A stretch of 64,000 nucleotides of DNA from Eledone cirrhosa (lineage: Eukaryota). The stretch spans positions 20,956,001 through 21,020,000 of the forward strand of contig OZ024754.1 of NCBI GenBank assembly GCA_964016885.1, read 5' to 3'. The notes under the pieces are model-generated. The model was not told the DNA's origin, searched no databases, and was given only the letters and a program-made list of their open reading frames with translations. Shown here piece by piece: positions 28,301 through 43,100 of this stretch (position 1 is its first letter; every line of letters begins with the position of its first letter). The position numbers and the translations under genes are program-made.

Positions 28301-31300
28301 TGGTATTAACATAGACTCCCTCCCATATTACGCTTGGTATTAACATAGACTCCCTCCCATATTACCCTTGGTACTAACATAGACTCCCTTCCATATTACC
28401 CTTGGTATTAACATAGGGACTCCCTCCTATATTAGACTTGGTATTAACATAGACTCCCTCCCATATTACCCTTGGTATTAACATGCACTCCCTTCTATAT
28501 CAGACGTGGTATTAACATAGGGACTCCCTCCCATATTAGCCTTGGTATTAACATAGGGACTCCCTCCCATATTAGACTTGGTATTAACATAGACTCCCTC
28601 CCATATTAGACTTGGTATTAACATAGGGACTCCCTCCCATATTACCCTTGGTATTAACATAGGGACTCTTTCACATATTACCCTTGGTATTAACATAGAG
28701 ACACCCTCCCATATTACCCTTGGTATTAACATAGGGACTCTTTCACATATTACCCTTGGTATTAACATAGAGACACCCTCCCATATTACCCTTGGTATTA
28801 ACATAGGGACTCTTTCACATATTACCCTTGGTATTAACATAGGGACTCCCTCCCATATTACCCTTGGTATTAACATAGAGACTCCCTCCCATATTAGACT
28901 TCGTATTAACATAGACTGCCTCCCATATTACCCTTGGTATTAACATAGGGACTCCCTCCCATATTACACTTGGTATTAACATAGACTACTTCCCATATTA
29001 CCCTTCGTATTAACATAGGGACTCCCTCCCATATTACACTTGGTATTAACATAGGGACTCCCTCCCATATTAGACGTGGTATTAACATAGACTCCCTCCC
29101 ATATTAGACTTGGTATTAATATAGAGACTCCCTCCCATATTAGCCTTGGTATTAACATAGACTCCCTCCCATATTAGACTTGGTATTAATATAGAGACTC
29201 CCTCCCATATTACCCTTGGTATTAACATAGACTACCTCCCATATTACCCTTGGTATTAATATAGAGACTCCCTCCCATATTACCCTTGGTATTAACATAG
29301 ACTCCCTCCCATATTACCCTTCGTATTAACATAGGGACTCCCTCCCATATTACCCTTGGTATTAACATAGGGACTCCCTCCCATATTAGACTTGGTATTA
29401 ACATAGACTCCCTCCCATATTACCCTTGGTATTATCATAGGGACTCCCTCCCATATTACCCTTGGTATTAACATAGGGACTCCCTCCCGTATTAGCCATG
29501 GTATTAACATAGACTCCCTCCCATATTACCCTTGGTATTAACATAGACTCCCTCCCATATTAGCCTTGGTATTAACATAGAGACTCCCTCCCATATTACC
29601 CTTGGTATTAACATAGACTCCCTCCCATACTACCCTTGGTAGTAACATAGGGACTCCCTCCCGTATTAGCCATGGTATTAACATAGACTCCCTCCCATAT
29701 TACCCTTGGTATTAACATAGACACCCTCCCATATTACCCTTGGTACTATCATATGGACACCCTCCTATATTACCCTTGGTATTAACATAGACTCCCTCCC
29801 ATATTAGCCTTGGTATTATCATAGGGACTCCCTCCCATATTACCCTTGGTATTAACATAGGGACTCCCTGCCATATTAGACTTGGTATTAACATAGACTC
29901 CCTCCCATATTACCCTTGGTACTAACATAGACTCCCTCCCATATTACCCTTGGCATTAACATAGGGACTCCCTCCTATATTAGACTTGGTATTAACATAG
30001 ACTCCCTCCCATATTAGACTTGGTATTAACAGAGGGAATCCCTCACATATTATCCTTGGTATTAATACATACTCCCTCCCATATTAGCCTTGGTATTAAC
30101 ATAGGGACTCCCTCCCATATTAGACTTGGTATTAACATAGACTCCCTCCCATATTAGACTTGGTATTAACATAGGGACTCCCTCCCGTATTACCCTTGGT
30201 ATTAACATAGGGACTCTTTCACATATTACCCTTGGTATTAACATAGAGACACCCTCCCATATTACCCTTGGTATTAACATAGAGACTCCCTCCCATATTA
30301 GATTTGGTATTAACATAGACTGCCTCCCATATTAGATTTGGTATTAACATAGACTGCCTCCCATATTACCCTTGGTATTAACATAGGGACTCCCTCCCAT
30401 ATTACACTTGGTATTAATATAGAGACTCTCTCCCATATTACCGTTGGTATGAACATAGACTCCCTCCCATAGTAGCCTTCGTATTAACATAGGGACTCCC
30501 TCCCATATTACCCTTGGTATTAACATAGGGACTCCCTCCCATATTACCCTTGGTATTATCATAGGGACTCCCTCCCATATTACCCTTGGTATTAACGTAG
30601 ACTCCCTCCCATATTATCCTTGGTATTAACATAGACTCCCTCCCATATTACCCTTGGTATTAACATAGACTCCCTCCCATATTACCCTTGGTATTAACAT
30701 GCACTCTCTTCTATATCAGACGTGGTATAAACATAGGGACTCCCTCCCATATTAGACTTGGTATTAACATAGGTACTCCCTACCATATTACCCTTGGTAT
30801 TAACACAGACTCCATCCCATATTAGCCTTGGTATTAACATAGGGACTCCCTCCCATATTAGACTTGGTATTAACATAGACTCCCTCCCATATTAGACTTG
30901 GTATTAACATAGGGACTCCCTCCCATATTACCCTTGGTATTAACATAGGGACTCCCTCCCATATTACACTTGGTATTAATATAGAGACTCCCTCCCATAT
31001 TACCCTTGGTATTAACATAGACTCCCTCCCATATTAGACTTGGTATTAATATAGAGACTCCCTCCCATATTACCCTTGGTATTAACATACACTCCCTCCC
31101 ATATTAGACTTCGTATTAATATAGACTCCCTCCCATATTACCCTTGGTATTAACATAGACTACCTCCCATATTACCCTTGGTATTAATATAGAGACTCCC
31201 TCCCATATTACCCTTGGTATTAACATAGACTCCCTCCCATATTAGCCTTCGTATTAACATAGGGACTCCCTCCCATATTACCCTTGGTATTAAAATAGGG

Positions 31301-31850
31301 ACTCCCTCCCATACTAGACTTGGTATTAACATAGACTCCCTCCCATATTACCATTGGTATTAACATAGACTCCCTCCCATATTATCCTTGGTACTAACAT
31401 AGACTCCCTCCCATATTACTCTTGGTATTAACATAGACTCCCTCCCATATTACCCTTGGTATTAACATAGACTCCCTCCCATACTAGCCTTGGTATTAAC
31501 ATAGGGACTCCCTGCAATATTAGACTTGGTATTAACATAGACTCCCTCCCATATTACGCTTGGTATTAACATAGACTCCCTCCCATATTACCCTTGGTAC
31601 TAACATAGACTCCCTTCCATATTACCCTTGGTATTAACATAGGGACTCCCTCCTATATTAGACTTGGTATTAACATAGACTCCCTCCCATATTACCCTTG
31701 GTATTAACATGCACTCCCTTCTATATCAGACGTGGTATTAACATAGGGACTCCCTCCCATATTAGCCTTGGTATTAACATAGGGACTCCCTCCCATATTA
31801 GACTTGGTATTAACATAGACTCCCTCCCATATTAGACTTGGTATTAACAT
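25310..31850. repeat. Recent tandem duplication with constant 3226-bp period
   Basis: ORF pairs 25680/28906, 25996/29222, 26486/29712, 26836/30062, 27468/30694, 27924/31150 and 28478/31704 all have offset 3226. At least one substitution separates the copies (MGGSL vs MGESL). Confidence 0.95.
25437..25616. repeat. 72-bp dimeric sub-repeat (A=GGACTCTTTCACAT..., B=AGACACCCTCCCAT...) in A-B-A-B-A form
   Basis: A monomers start at 25437, 25509 and 25581. The same form occurs at ~28663, ~35289 and ~40233. Confidence 0.9.
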
Positions 31851-33529
31851 AGAGACACCCTCACATATTACCCTTGGTATTAACATAGGGACTCCCTCAC
31901 ATATTACCCTTGGTATTAACATAGAGACACCCTCACATATTACCCTTGGTATTAACATAGAGACTCCCTCCCATATTAGACTTGGTATTAACATAGACTC
32001 TCTCCCATATTAGACTTGGTATTAACATAGAGACACCCTCACATATTACCCTTGGTATTAACATAGGGACTCCCTCACATATTACCCTTGGTATTAACAT
32101 AGAGACACCCTCACATATTACCCTTGGTATTAACATAGAGACTCCCTCCCATATTAGACTTGGTATTAACATAGACTACCTCCCATATTACCCTTGGTAT
32201 TAACATAGGGACTCCCTCCCATATTACACTTGGTATTAATATAGAGACTCCCTCCCATATTACCCTTGGTATTAACATAGACTCCCTCCCATATTAGCAT
32301 TCGTATTAACATAGGGACTCCCTCCCATATTACCCTTGGTATTAACATAGGGACTCCCTCCCATATTAGACTTGGTATTAACATAGACTCCCTCCCATAT
32401 TACCCTTTTTATTATCATAGGGACTCCCTCCCATATTACCCTTGGTATTAACATAGACTCCCTCCCATATTACCCTTGGTATTAACATAGACTCCCTCCC
32501 ATATTACCCTTGGTATTAACATAGACTCCCTCCCATATTAGCCTTAGTATTAACATAGGGACTCCCTCCTATATTACCCTTAGTATTAACATAGACTCCC
32601 TCCCATATTACCCTTGGTATTAACATAGACTCCCTGCCATATTATCCTTTGTATTAACATAGACTCCCTCCCATATTACCCTTAGTATTAACATAGACTC
32701 CTCCCATATTACCCTTGGTATTAACATAGACTCCCTCCCATATTAGCCTTGGTATTAACATAGGGACTCCCTCCCATATTACCCTTGGTATTAACATAGG
32801 GACTCCCTGCCATATTAGACTTGGTATTAACATAGACTCCCTCCCATATTACCCTTGGTATTAACATAGGGACTCCCTCCCGTATTAGCCATGGTATTAA
32901 CATAGACTCCCTCCCGTATTACCCTTGGTATTAACATAGACACCCTCCCATATTACCCTTGGTATTATCATATGGACACCCTCCCATATTACCCTTGGTA
33001 TTAACATAGGGACTCCCTCCCATATTACCCTTGGTATTAACATAGGCATTCTCTCCCATATTAGCCTTGGTATTAAGATAGACTCCCTCCCATATTACCC
33101 TTGGTATTAACATAGACACCCTCCCATACTACCCTTGGTATTAACATAGACTCCCTCCCATATTAGCCTTGGTATTAACATAGGGACTCCCTCCTATATT
33201 ACCCTTAGTATTAACATAGACTCCCTCCCATATTACCCTTGGTATTAACATAGACTCCCTCCCATATTAGCCTTGGTATTAACATAGACTCCCTCCCATA
33301 TTAGCCTTAGTATTAACATAGACTCCTTCCCATATTACCCTTGGTATTAACATAGACTCCCTCCCATATTACCCTTGGTATTAACATAGACTCCCTCCCA
33401 TATTACCCTTGGTATTAACATAGACTCCCTCCCATATTACCCTTCGTATTAACATAGGGACTCCCTCCCATATTACCCTTGGTATTAACATAGGGACTCC
33501 CTCCCATATTGCCCTTGGTATTAACGTAG

Positions 33530-36500
33530 ACTCCCTCCCATATTACCCTTGGTATTATCATAGGGACTCCCTCCCATATTACCCTTGGTATTAACATAGA
33601 CTCCCTCCCATATTACCCTTGGTATTAACATAGGGACTCCCTCCCGTATTAGCCATGGTATTAACATACACTCCCTCCCATATTAGCCTTGGTATTAACA
33701 TAGAGACTCCCCCCATATTACCCTTGGTATTAACATAGACACCCTCCCATATTACCCTTGGTATTATCATATGGACACCCTCCCATATTACCCTTGGTAT
33801 TAACATAGACTCCCTCCCATATTAGCCTTGGTATTAACATACGGACTCCCTCCCATATTACCCTTAGTATTAACATAGGGACTCCCTGCCATATTAGACT
33901 TGGTATTAACATAGAGACTCCCTCCCATATTACCCTTGGTATTAACATAGGGACTCTTTCACATATTACCCTTGGTATTAACATAGAGACACTCTCCCAT
34001 ATTACCCTTGGTATTAACATAGAGACTCCCTCCCATATTAGACTTGGTATTAACATAGACTGCATCCCATATTACCCTTGGTATTAACATAGGGACTCCC
34101 TCCCATATTACACTTGGTATTAATATAGAGACTCCCTCCCATATTACCGCTGGTATTAACATAGACTCCCTCCCATATTAGACTTGGTATTAATATAGAG
34201 ACTCCCTCCCATGTTACCCTTGGTATTAACATAGACTCCCTCCCATATTAGACTTGGTATTAATATAGAGACTCCCTCCCATATTAGACTTGGTATTAAC
34301 ACAGGGACTCCCTCCCATATTACCCTTGGTATTAACATAGGGACTCCCTCCCATATTACACTTGGTATTAGTATAGAGACTCCATCCCATATTACCGTTG
34401 GTATTAACATAGACTCCCTCCCATATTAGACTTCGTATTAATATAGAGACTCCCTCCCATATTACCCTTGGTATTAACATACACTCCCTCCCATATTAGT
34501 CTTGGTATTAATATAGAGACTCCCTCCCATATTACCCTTGGTATTAACATGCACTCCCTTCTATAATAGTCGTGGTATTAACATAGGGACTCGCTCCCAT
34601 ATTACCCATGGTATTAACATAGGGACTCCCTCCCATATTAGACTTGGTATTAACATAGACTCCCTCCCATATTAGAATTGGTATTAACATAGACTCCCTC
34701 CCATATTACCCTTGGTATTAACATAGGGACTCCCTCACATATTACCCTTGGTATTAACATAGACTCCCTCACATATTAGCCTTGGTATTAACATAGAGAC
34801 CCCCCCCCCCATATTACCCTTGATATTAATATAGACTCCCTCCCATATTACCCTTGGTATTAACATAGACTCCCTCCCATACTACCCTTGGTAGTAACAT
34901 AGGGACTCCCTCCCGTATTAGCCATGGTATTATCATAGACTCCCTCCCATATTACCCTTGGTATTAACATAGGGACTCCCTCCCGTATTAGCCATGGTAT
35001 TAACATAGAGTCCCTCCCATATTACCCTTGGTATTAACATAGACACCCTCCCATATTACCCTTGGTATTATCATATGGACACCCTCCCATATTACCCTTG
35101 GTATTAACATAGACTCCCTCCCATATTAGCCTTGGTATTAACATAGGGACTCCCTCCCATATTACCCTTGGTATTAACATAGGGACTCCCTACCATATTA
35201 GACTTGGTATTAACATAGACTCCCTCCCATATTAGACTTGGTATTAACATAGGGACACCCTCCCATATTACCCTTGGTATTAACATAGGGACTCTTTCAC
35301 ATATTACCCTTGGTATTAACATAGAGACACCCTCCCATATTACCCTTGGTATTAACATAGGGACTCTTTCACATATTACCCTTGGTATTAACATAGAGAC
35401 ACCCTCCCATATTACCCTTGGTATTAACATAGGGACTCTTTCACATATTACCCTTGGTATTAACATAGGGACTCCCTCCCATATTACACTTGGTATTAAC
35501 ATAGACTACCTCCCATATTACCCTTCGTATTAACATAGGGACTCCCTCCCATATTACCCTTGGTATTAACATAGGGACTCCCTCCCATATTAGACGTGGT
35601 ATTAACATAGACTCCCTCCCATATTAGACTTGGTATTAATATAGAGACTCCCTCTCATATTAGCCTTGGTATTAACATAGACTCCCTCCCATATTAGACT
35701 TGGTATTAATATAGAGACTCCCTCCCATATTACCCTTGGTATTAACATAGACTACCTCCCATATTACCCTTGGTATTAATATAGAGACTCCCTCCCATAT
35801 TACCCTTGGTATTAACATAGACTCCCTCCCATATTACCCTTCTTATTAACATAGGGACTCCCTCCCATATTACCCTTGGTATTAACATAGGGACTCCCTC
35901 CCATATTAGACTTGGTATTAACATAGACTCCCTCCCATATTACCCTTGGTATTATCATAGGGACTCCCTCCCATATTACCCTTGGTATTAACATAGACTC
36001 CCTCCCATATTAACATTGGTATTAACATAGAGACTCCCTCCCATATTACCCTTGGTATTAACATAGACTCCCTCCCATACTACCCTTGGTAGTAACATAG
36101 GGACTCCCTCCCGTATTAGCCATGGTATTAACATAGATTCCCTCCCATATTACCCTCGGTATTAACATAGGGACTCCCTCCCGTATTAGCCATGGTATTA
36201 ACATAGACTCCCTCCCATATTACTCTTGGTATTAACATAGACTCCCTCCCATATTAGCCTTGGTATTAACATAGAGACTCCCTCCCATATTACCCTTGGT
36301 ATTAACATAGACTCCATCCCATACTACCCTTGGTAGTAACATAGGGACTCCCTCCCGTATTAGCCATGGTATTAACATAGACTCCCTCCCATATTACCCT
36401 TGGTATTAACATAGACACCCTCCCATATTACCCTTGGTACTATCATATGGACACCCTCCTATATTACCCTTGGTATTAACATAGACTCCCTCCCATATTA

Positions 36501-39500
36501 GCCTTGGTATTAACATAGGGACTCCCTCCCATATTACCCTTGGTATTAACATAGGGACTCCCTGCCATATTAGACTTGGTATTAACATAGACTCCCTCCC
36601 ATATTACCCTTGGTATTAACATAGACTCCCTCCCATATTACCCTTGGTACTAACATAGACTCCCTCCCATATTACCCTTGGCATTAACATAGGTACTCCC
36701 TCCTATATTAGACTTGGTATTAACATAGACTCCCTCCCATATTACCCTTGGTATTAACATGCACTCCTTCTATATCAGACGTGGTATTAACAGAGGGAAT
36801 CCCTCCCATATTATCCTTGGTATTAATACATACTCCCTCCCATATTAGCCTTGGTATTAACATAGGGACTCCCTCCCATATTAGACTTGGTATTAACATA
36901 AACTCCCTCCCATATTAGACTTGGTATTAACATAGGGACTCCCTCCCGTATTACCCTTGGTATTAACATAGGGACTCTTTCACTTATTACCCTTGGTATT
37001 AACATAGAGACACCCTCCCATATTACCCTTGGTATTAACATAGAGACTCCCTCCCATATTAGACTTGGTATTAACATAGACTGCCTCCCATATTACCCTT
37101 GGTATTAACATAGGGACTCCCTCCCATATTACACTTGGTATTAATATAGAGACTCCCTCCCATATTACCGTTGGTATGAACATAGACTCCCTCCCATAGT
37201 AGCCTTCGTATTAACATAGGGACTCCCTCGCATATTACCCTTGGTATTAACATAGGGACTCCCTCCCATATTACCCTTGGTATTATCATAGGGACTCCCT
37301 CACATATTACCCTTGGTATTAACGTAGACTCCCTCCAATATTACCCTTGGTATTAACATAGACTCCCTCCCATATTACCCTTGGTATTAACATGCACTCT
37401 CTTCTATATCAGACGTGGTATTAACATAGGGACTCCCTCCCATGTTAGACTTGGTATTAACATAGGTACTACCTACCATATTACCCTTGGTATTAACACA
37501 GACTCCATCCCATATTAGCCTTGGTATTAACATAGGGACTCCCTCCCATATTAGACTTGGTATTAACATAGGGACTCCCTCCCATATTACCCTTGGTATT
37601 AACATAGGGACTCCCTCCCATATTACACTTGGTATTAATATAGAGACTCCCTCCCATATTACCCTTGGTATTAACACAGACTCCCTCCCATATTAGACTT
37701 GGTATTAATATAGAGACTCCCTCCCATATTACCCTTGGTATTAACATACACTCCCTCCCATATTAGACTTGGTATTAATATAGAGACTCCCTCCCATATT
37801 ACCCTTGGTATTAACATAGACTACCTCCCATATTACCCTTGGTATTAATATAGAGACTCCCTCCCATATTACCCTTGGTATTAACATAGACTCCCTCCCA
37901 TATTAGCCTTCGTATTAACATAGGGACTCCCTCCCATATTACCCTTGGTATTAAAATAGGGACTCCCTCCCATACTAGACTTGGTATTAACATAGACTCC
38001 CTCCCATATTACCATTGGTATTAACATAGACTCCCTCCCATATTATCCTTGGTATTAACATAGACTCCCTCCCATATTACTCTTGGTATTAACGTAGACT
38101 CCCTCCCATATTACCCTTGGTATTATCATAGGGACTCCCTCCCATATTACCCTTGGTATTAACATAGACTCCCTCCCATATTACCCTTGGTATTAACATA
38201 GGGACTCCCTCCCGTATTAGCCATGGTATTAACATACACTCCCTCCCATATTAGCCTTGGTATTAACATAGAGACTCCCCCCATATTACCCTTGGTATTA
38301 ACATAGACACCCTCCCATATTACCCTTGGTATTATCATATGGACACCCTCCCATATTACCCTTGGTATTAACATAGACTCCCTCCCATATTAGCCTTGGT
38401 ATTAACATACGGACTCCCTCCCATATTACCCTTAGTATTAACATAGGGACTCCCTGCCATATTAGATTGGTATTAACATAGAGACTCCCTCCCATATTAC
38501 CCTTGGTATTAACATAGGGACTCTTTCACATATTACCCTTGGTATTAACATAGAGACACCCTCCCATATTACCCTTGTTATTAACATAGAGACTCCCTCC
38601 CATATTAGACTTGGTATTAACATAGACTGCATCCCATATTACCCTTGGTATTAACATAGGGACTCCCTCCCATATTACACTTGGTATTAATATAGAGACT
38701 CCCTCCCATATTACCGCTGGTATTAACATAGACTCCCTCCCATATTAGACTTGGTATTAATATAGAGACTCCCTCCCATGTTACCCTTGGTATTAACATA
38801 GACTCCCTCCCATATTAGACTTGGTATTAATATAGAGACTCCCTCCCATATTACCCTTGGTATTAACATAGACTCCCTCCCATAGTAGCCTTCGTATTAA
38901 CATAGGGACTCCCTCCCATATTACCCTTGGTATTATCATAGGGACTCCCTCCCATATTACCCTTGGTATTAACATAGACTCTCTCCCATATTATCCTTGG
39001 TATTAACATAGAATCCCTCCCATATTACCCTTGGTATTAACATAGACTCCCTCCCATATTACCCTTGGTATTAACATGCACTCCCTATATCAGACGTAGT
39101 ATTAACATAGGGACTCCCTCCCATATTAGACTTGGTATTAACATAGGTACACCCTCCCATATTACCCTTGGTATTAACATAGACTCCCTCCCATATTAGA
39201 CTTGGTATTAACACAGGGACTCCCTCCCATATTACCGTTGGTATTAACATAGGGACTCCCTCCCATATTACACTTGGTATTAGTATAGAGACTCCATCCC
39301 ATATTACCGTTGGTATTAACATAGACTCCCTCCCATATTAGACTTCGTATTAATATAGAGACTCCCTCCCATATTACCCTTGGTATTAACATACACTCCC
39401 TCCCATATTAGTCTTGGTATTAATATAGAGACTCCCTCCCATATTACCCTTGGTATTAACATGCACTCCCTTCTATAATAGTCGTGGTATTAACATAGGG

Positions 39501-42500
39501 ACTCGCTCCCATATTACCCATGGTATTAACATAGGGACTCCCTCCCATATTAGACTTGGTATTAACATAGACTCCCTCCCATATTAGAATTGGTATTAAC
39601 ATAGACTCCCTCCCATATTACCCTTGGTATTAACATAGGGACTCCCTCACATATTACCCTTGGTATTAACATAGACTCCCTCACATATTAGCCTTGGTAT
39701 TAACATAGAGACCCCTCCCCATATTACCCTTGATATTAATATAGACTCCCTCCCATATTACCCTTGGTATTAACATAGACTCCCTCCCATGTTACCCTTG
39801 GTATTAACATAGACTCCCTCCCATACTACCCTTGGTAGTAACATAGGGACTCCCTCCCGTATTAGCCATGGTATTATCATAGACTCCCTCCCATATTACC
39901 CTTGGTATTAACATAGGGACTCCCTCCCGTATTAGCCATGGTATTAACATAGAGTCCCTCCCATATTACCCTTGGTATTAACATAGACACCCTCCCATAT
40001 TACCCTTGGTATTATCATATGGACACCCTCCCATATTACCCTTGGTATTAACATAGACTCCCTCCCATATTAGCCTTGGTATTAACATAGGGACTCCCTC
40101 CCATATTACCCTTGGTATTAACATAGGGACTCCCTACCATATTAGACTTGGTATTAACATAGACTCCCTCCCATATTAGACTTGGTATTAACATAGGGAC
40201 ACCCTCCCATATTACCCTTGGTATTAACATAGGGACTCTTTCACATATTACCCTTGGTATTAACATAGAGACACCCTCCCATATCACCCTTGGTATTAAC
40301 ATAGGGACTCTTTCACATATTACCCTTGGTATTAACATAGAGACACCCTCCCATATTACCCTTGGTATTAACATAGGGACTCTTTCACATATTACCCTTG
40401 GTATTAACATAGGGACTCCCTCCCATATTACCCTTGGTATTAACATAGAGACTCCCTCCCATATTAGACTTGGTATTAACATAGACTGCCTCCCATATTA
40501 CCCTTGGTATTAACATAGGGTCTCCCTCCCATATTACACTTGGTATTAACATAGACTACCTCCCATATTACCCTTCGTATTAACATAGGGACTCCCTCCC
40601 ATATTACCCTTGGTATTAACATAGGGACTCCCTCCCATATTAGACGTGGTATTAACATAGACTCCCTCCCATATTAGACTTGGTATTAATATAGAGACTC
40701 CCTCTCATATTAGCCTTGGTATTAACATAGACTCCCTCCCATATTAGACTTGGTATTAATATAGAGACTCCCTCCCATATTACCCTTGGTATTAACATAG
40801 ACTACCTCCCATATTACCCTTGGTATTAATATAGAGACTCCCTCCCATATTACCCTTGGTATTAACATAGACTCCCTCCCATATTACCCTTCTTATTAAC
40901 ATAGGGACTCCCTCCCATATTACCCTTGGTATTAACATAGGGACTCCCTCCCATATTAGACTTGGTATTAACATAGACTCCCTCCCATATTACCCTTGGT
41001 ATTATCATAGGGACTCCCTCCCATATTACCCTTGGTATTAACATAGACTCCCTCCCATATTAACATTGGTATTAACATAGAGACTCCCTCCCATATTACC
41101 CTTGGTATTAACATAGACTCCCTCCCATACTACCCTTGGTAGTAACATAGGGACTCCCTCCCGTATTAGCCATGGTATTAACATAGATTCCCTCCCATAT
41201 TACCCTCGGTATTAACATAGGGACTCCCTCCCGTATTAGCCATGGTATTAACATAGACTCCCTCCCATATTACTCTTAGTATTAACATAGACTCCCTCCC
41301 ATATTAGCCTTGGTATTAACATAGAGACTCCCTCCCATATTACCCTTGGTATTAACATAGACTCCATCCCATACTACCCTTGGTAGTAACATAGGGACTC
41401 CCTCCCGTATTAGCCATGGTATTAACATAGACTCCCTCCCATATTACCCTTGGTATTAACATAGACACCCTCCCATATTACCCTTGGTACTATCATATGG
41501 ACACCCTCCTATATTACCCTTGGTATTAACATAGACTCCCTCCCATATTAGCCTTGGTATTAACATAGGGACTCCCTCCCATATTACCCTTGGTATTAAC
41601 ATAGGGACTCCCTGCCATATTAGACTTGGTATTAACATAGACTCCCTCCCATATTACCCTTGGTATTAACATAGACTCCCTCCCATATTACCCTTGGTAC
41701 TAACATAGACTCCCTCCCATATTACCCTTGGCATTAACATAGGTACTCCCTCCTATATTAGACTTGGTATTAACATAGACTCCCTCCCATATTACCCTTG
41801 GTATTAACATGCACTCCTTCTATATCAGACGTGGTATTAACAGAGGGAATCCCTCCCATATTATCCTTGGTATTAATACATACTCCCTCCCATATTAGCC
41901 TTGGTATTAACATAGGGACTCCCTCCCATATTAGACTTGGTATTAACATAGACTCCCTCCCGTATTACCCTTGGTATTAACATAGGGACTCTTTCACTTA
42001 TTACCCTTGGTATTAACATAGAGACACCCTCCCATATTACCCTTGGTATTAACATAGAGACTCCCTCCCATATTAGACTTGGTATTAACATAGGGACTCC
42101 CTCCCATATTACACTTGGTATTAATATAGAGACTCCCTCCCATATTACCGTTGGTATGAACATAGACTCCCTCCCATAGTAGCCTTCGTATTAACATAGG
42201 GACTCCCTCGCATATTACCCTTGGTATTAACATAGGGACTCCCTCCCATATTACCCTTGGTATTATCATAGGGACTCCCTCACATATTACCCTTGGTATT
42301 AACGTAGACTCCCTCCAATATTACCCTTGGTATTAACATAGACTCCCTCCCATATTACCCTTGGTATTAACATGCACTCTCTTCTATATCAGACGTGGTA
42401 TTAACATAGGGACTCCCTCCCATGTTAGACTTGGTATTAACATAGGTACTCCCTACCATATTACCCTTGGTATTAACACAGACTCCATCCCATATTAGCC

Positions 42501-43100
42501 TTGGTATTAACATAGGGACTCCCTCCCATATTAGACTTGGTATTAACATAGACTCCCTCCCATATTAGACTTGGTATTAACATAGGGACTCCCTCCCATA
42601 TTACCCTTGGTATTAACATAGGGACTCCCTCCCATATTACACTTGGTATTAATATAGAGACTCCCTCCCATATTACCCTTGGTATTAACACAGACTCCCT
42701 CCCATATTAGACTTGGTATTAATATAGAGACTCCCTCCCATATTACCCTTGGTATTAACATACACTCCCTCCCATATTAGACTTGGTATTAATATAGAGA
42801 CTCCCTCCCATATTACCCTTGGTATTAACATAGACTACCTCCCATATTACCCTTGGTATTAATATAGAGACTCCCTCCCATATTACCCTTGGTATTAACA
42901 TAGACTCCCTCCCATATTAGCCTTCGTATTAACATAGGGACTCCCTCCCATATTACCCTTGGTATTAAAATAGGGACTCCCTCCTATACTAGACTTGGTA
43001 TTAACATAGACTCCCTCCCATATTACCATTGGTATTAACATAGACTCCCTCCCATATTATCCTTGGTATTAACATAGACTCCCTCCCATATTACTCTTGG
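33530..43100. repeat. Tandem duplication of ~4.6-5.05 kb with internal whole-monomer indels
   Basis: ORF offsets 33591/38159 (4568), 35104/40048 (4944), 35742/40792, 36406/41456 and 36823/41873 (5050), and 37387/42367 (4980). Confidence 0.88.
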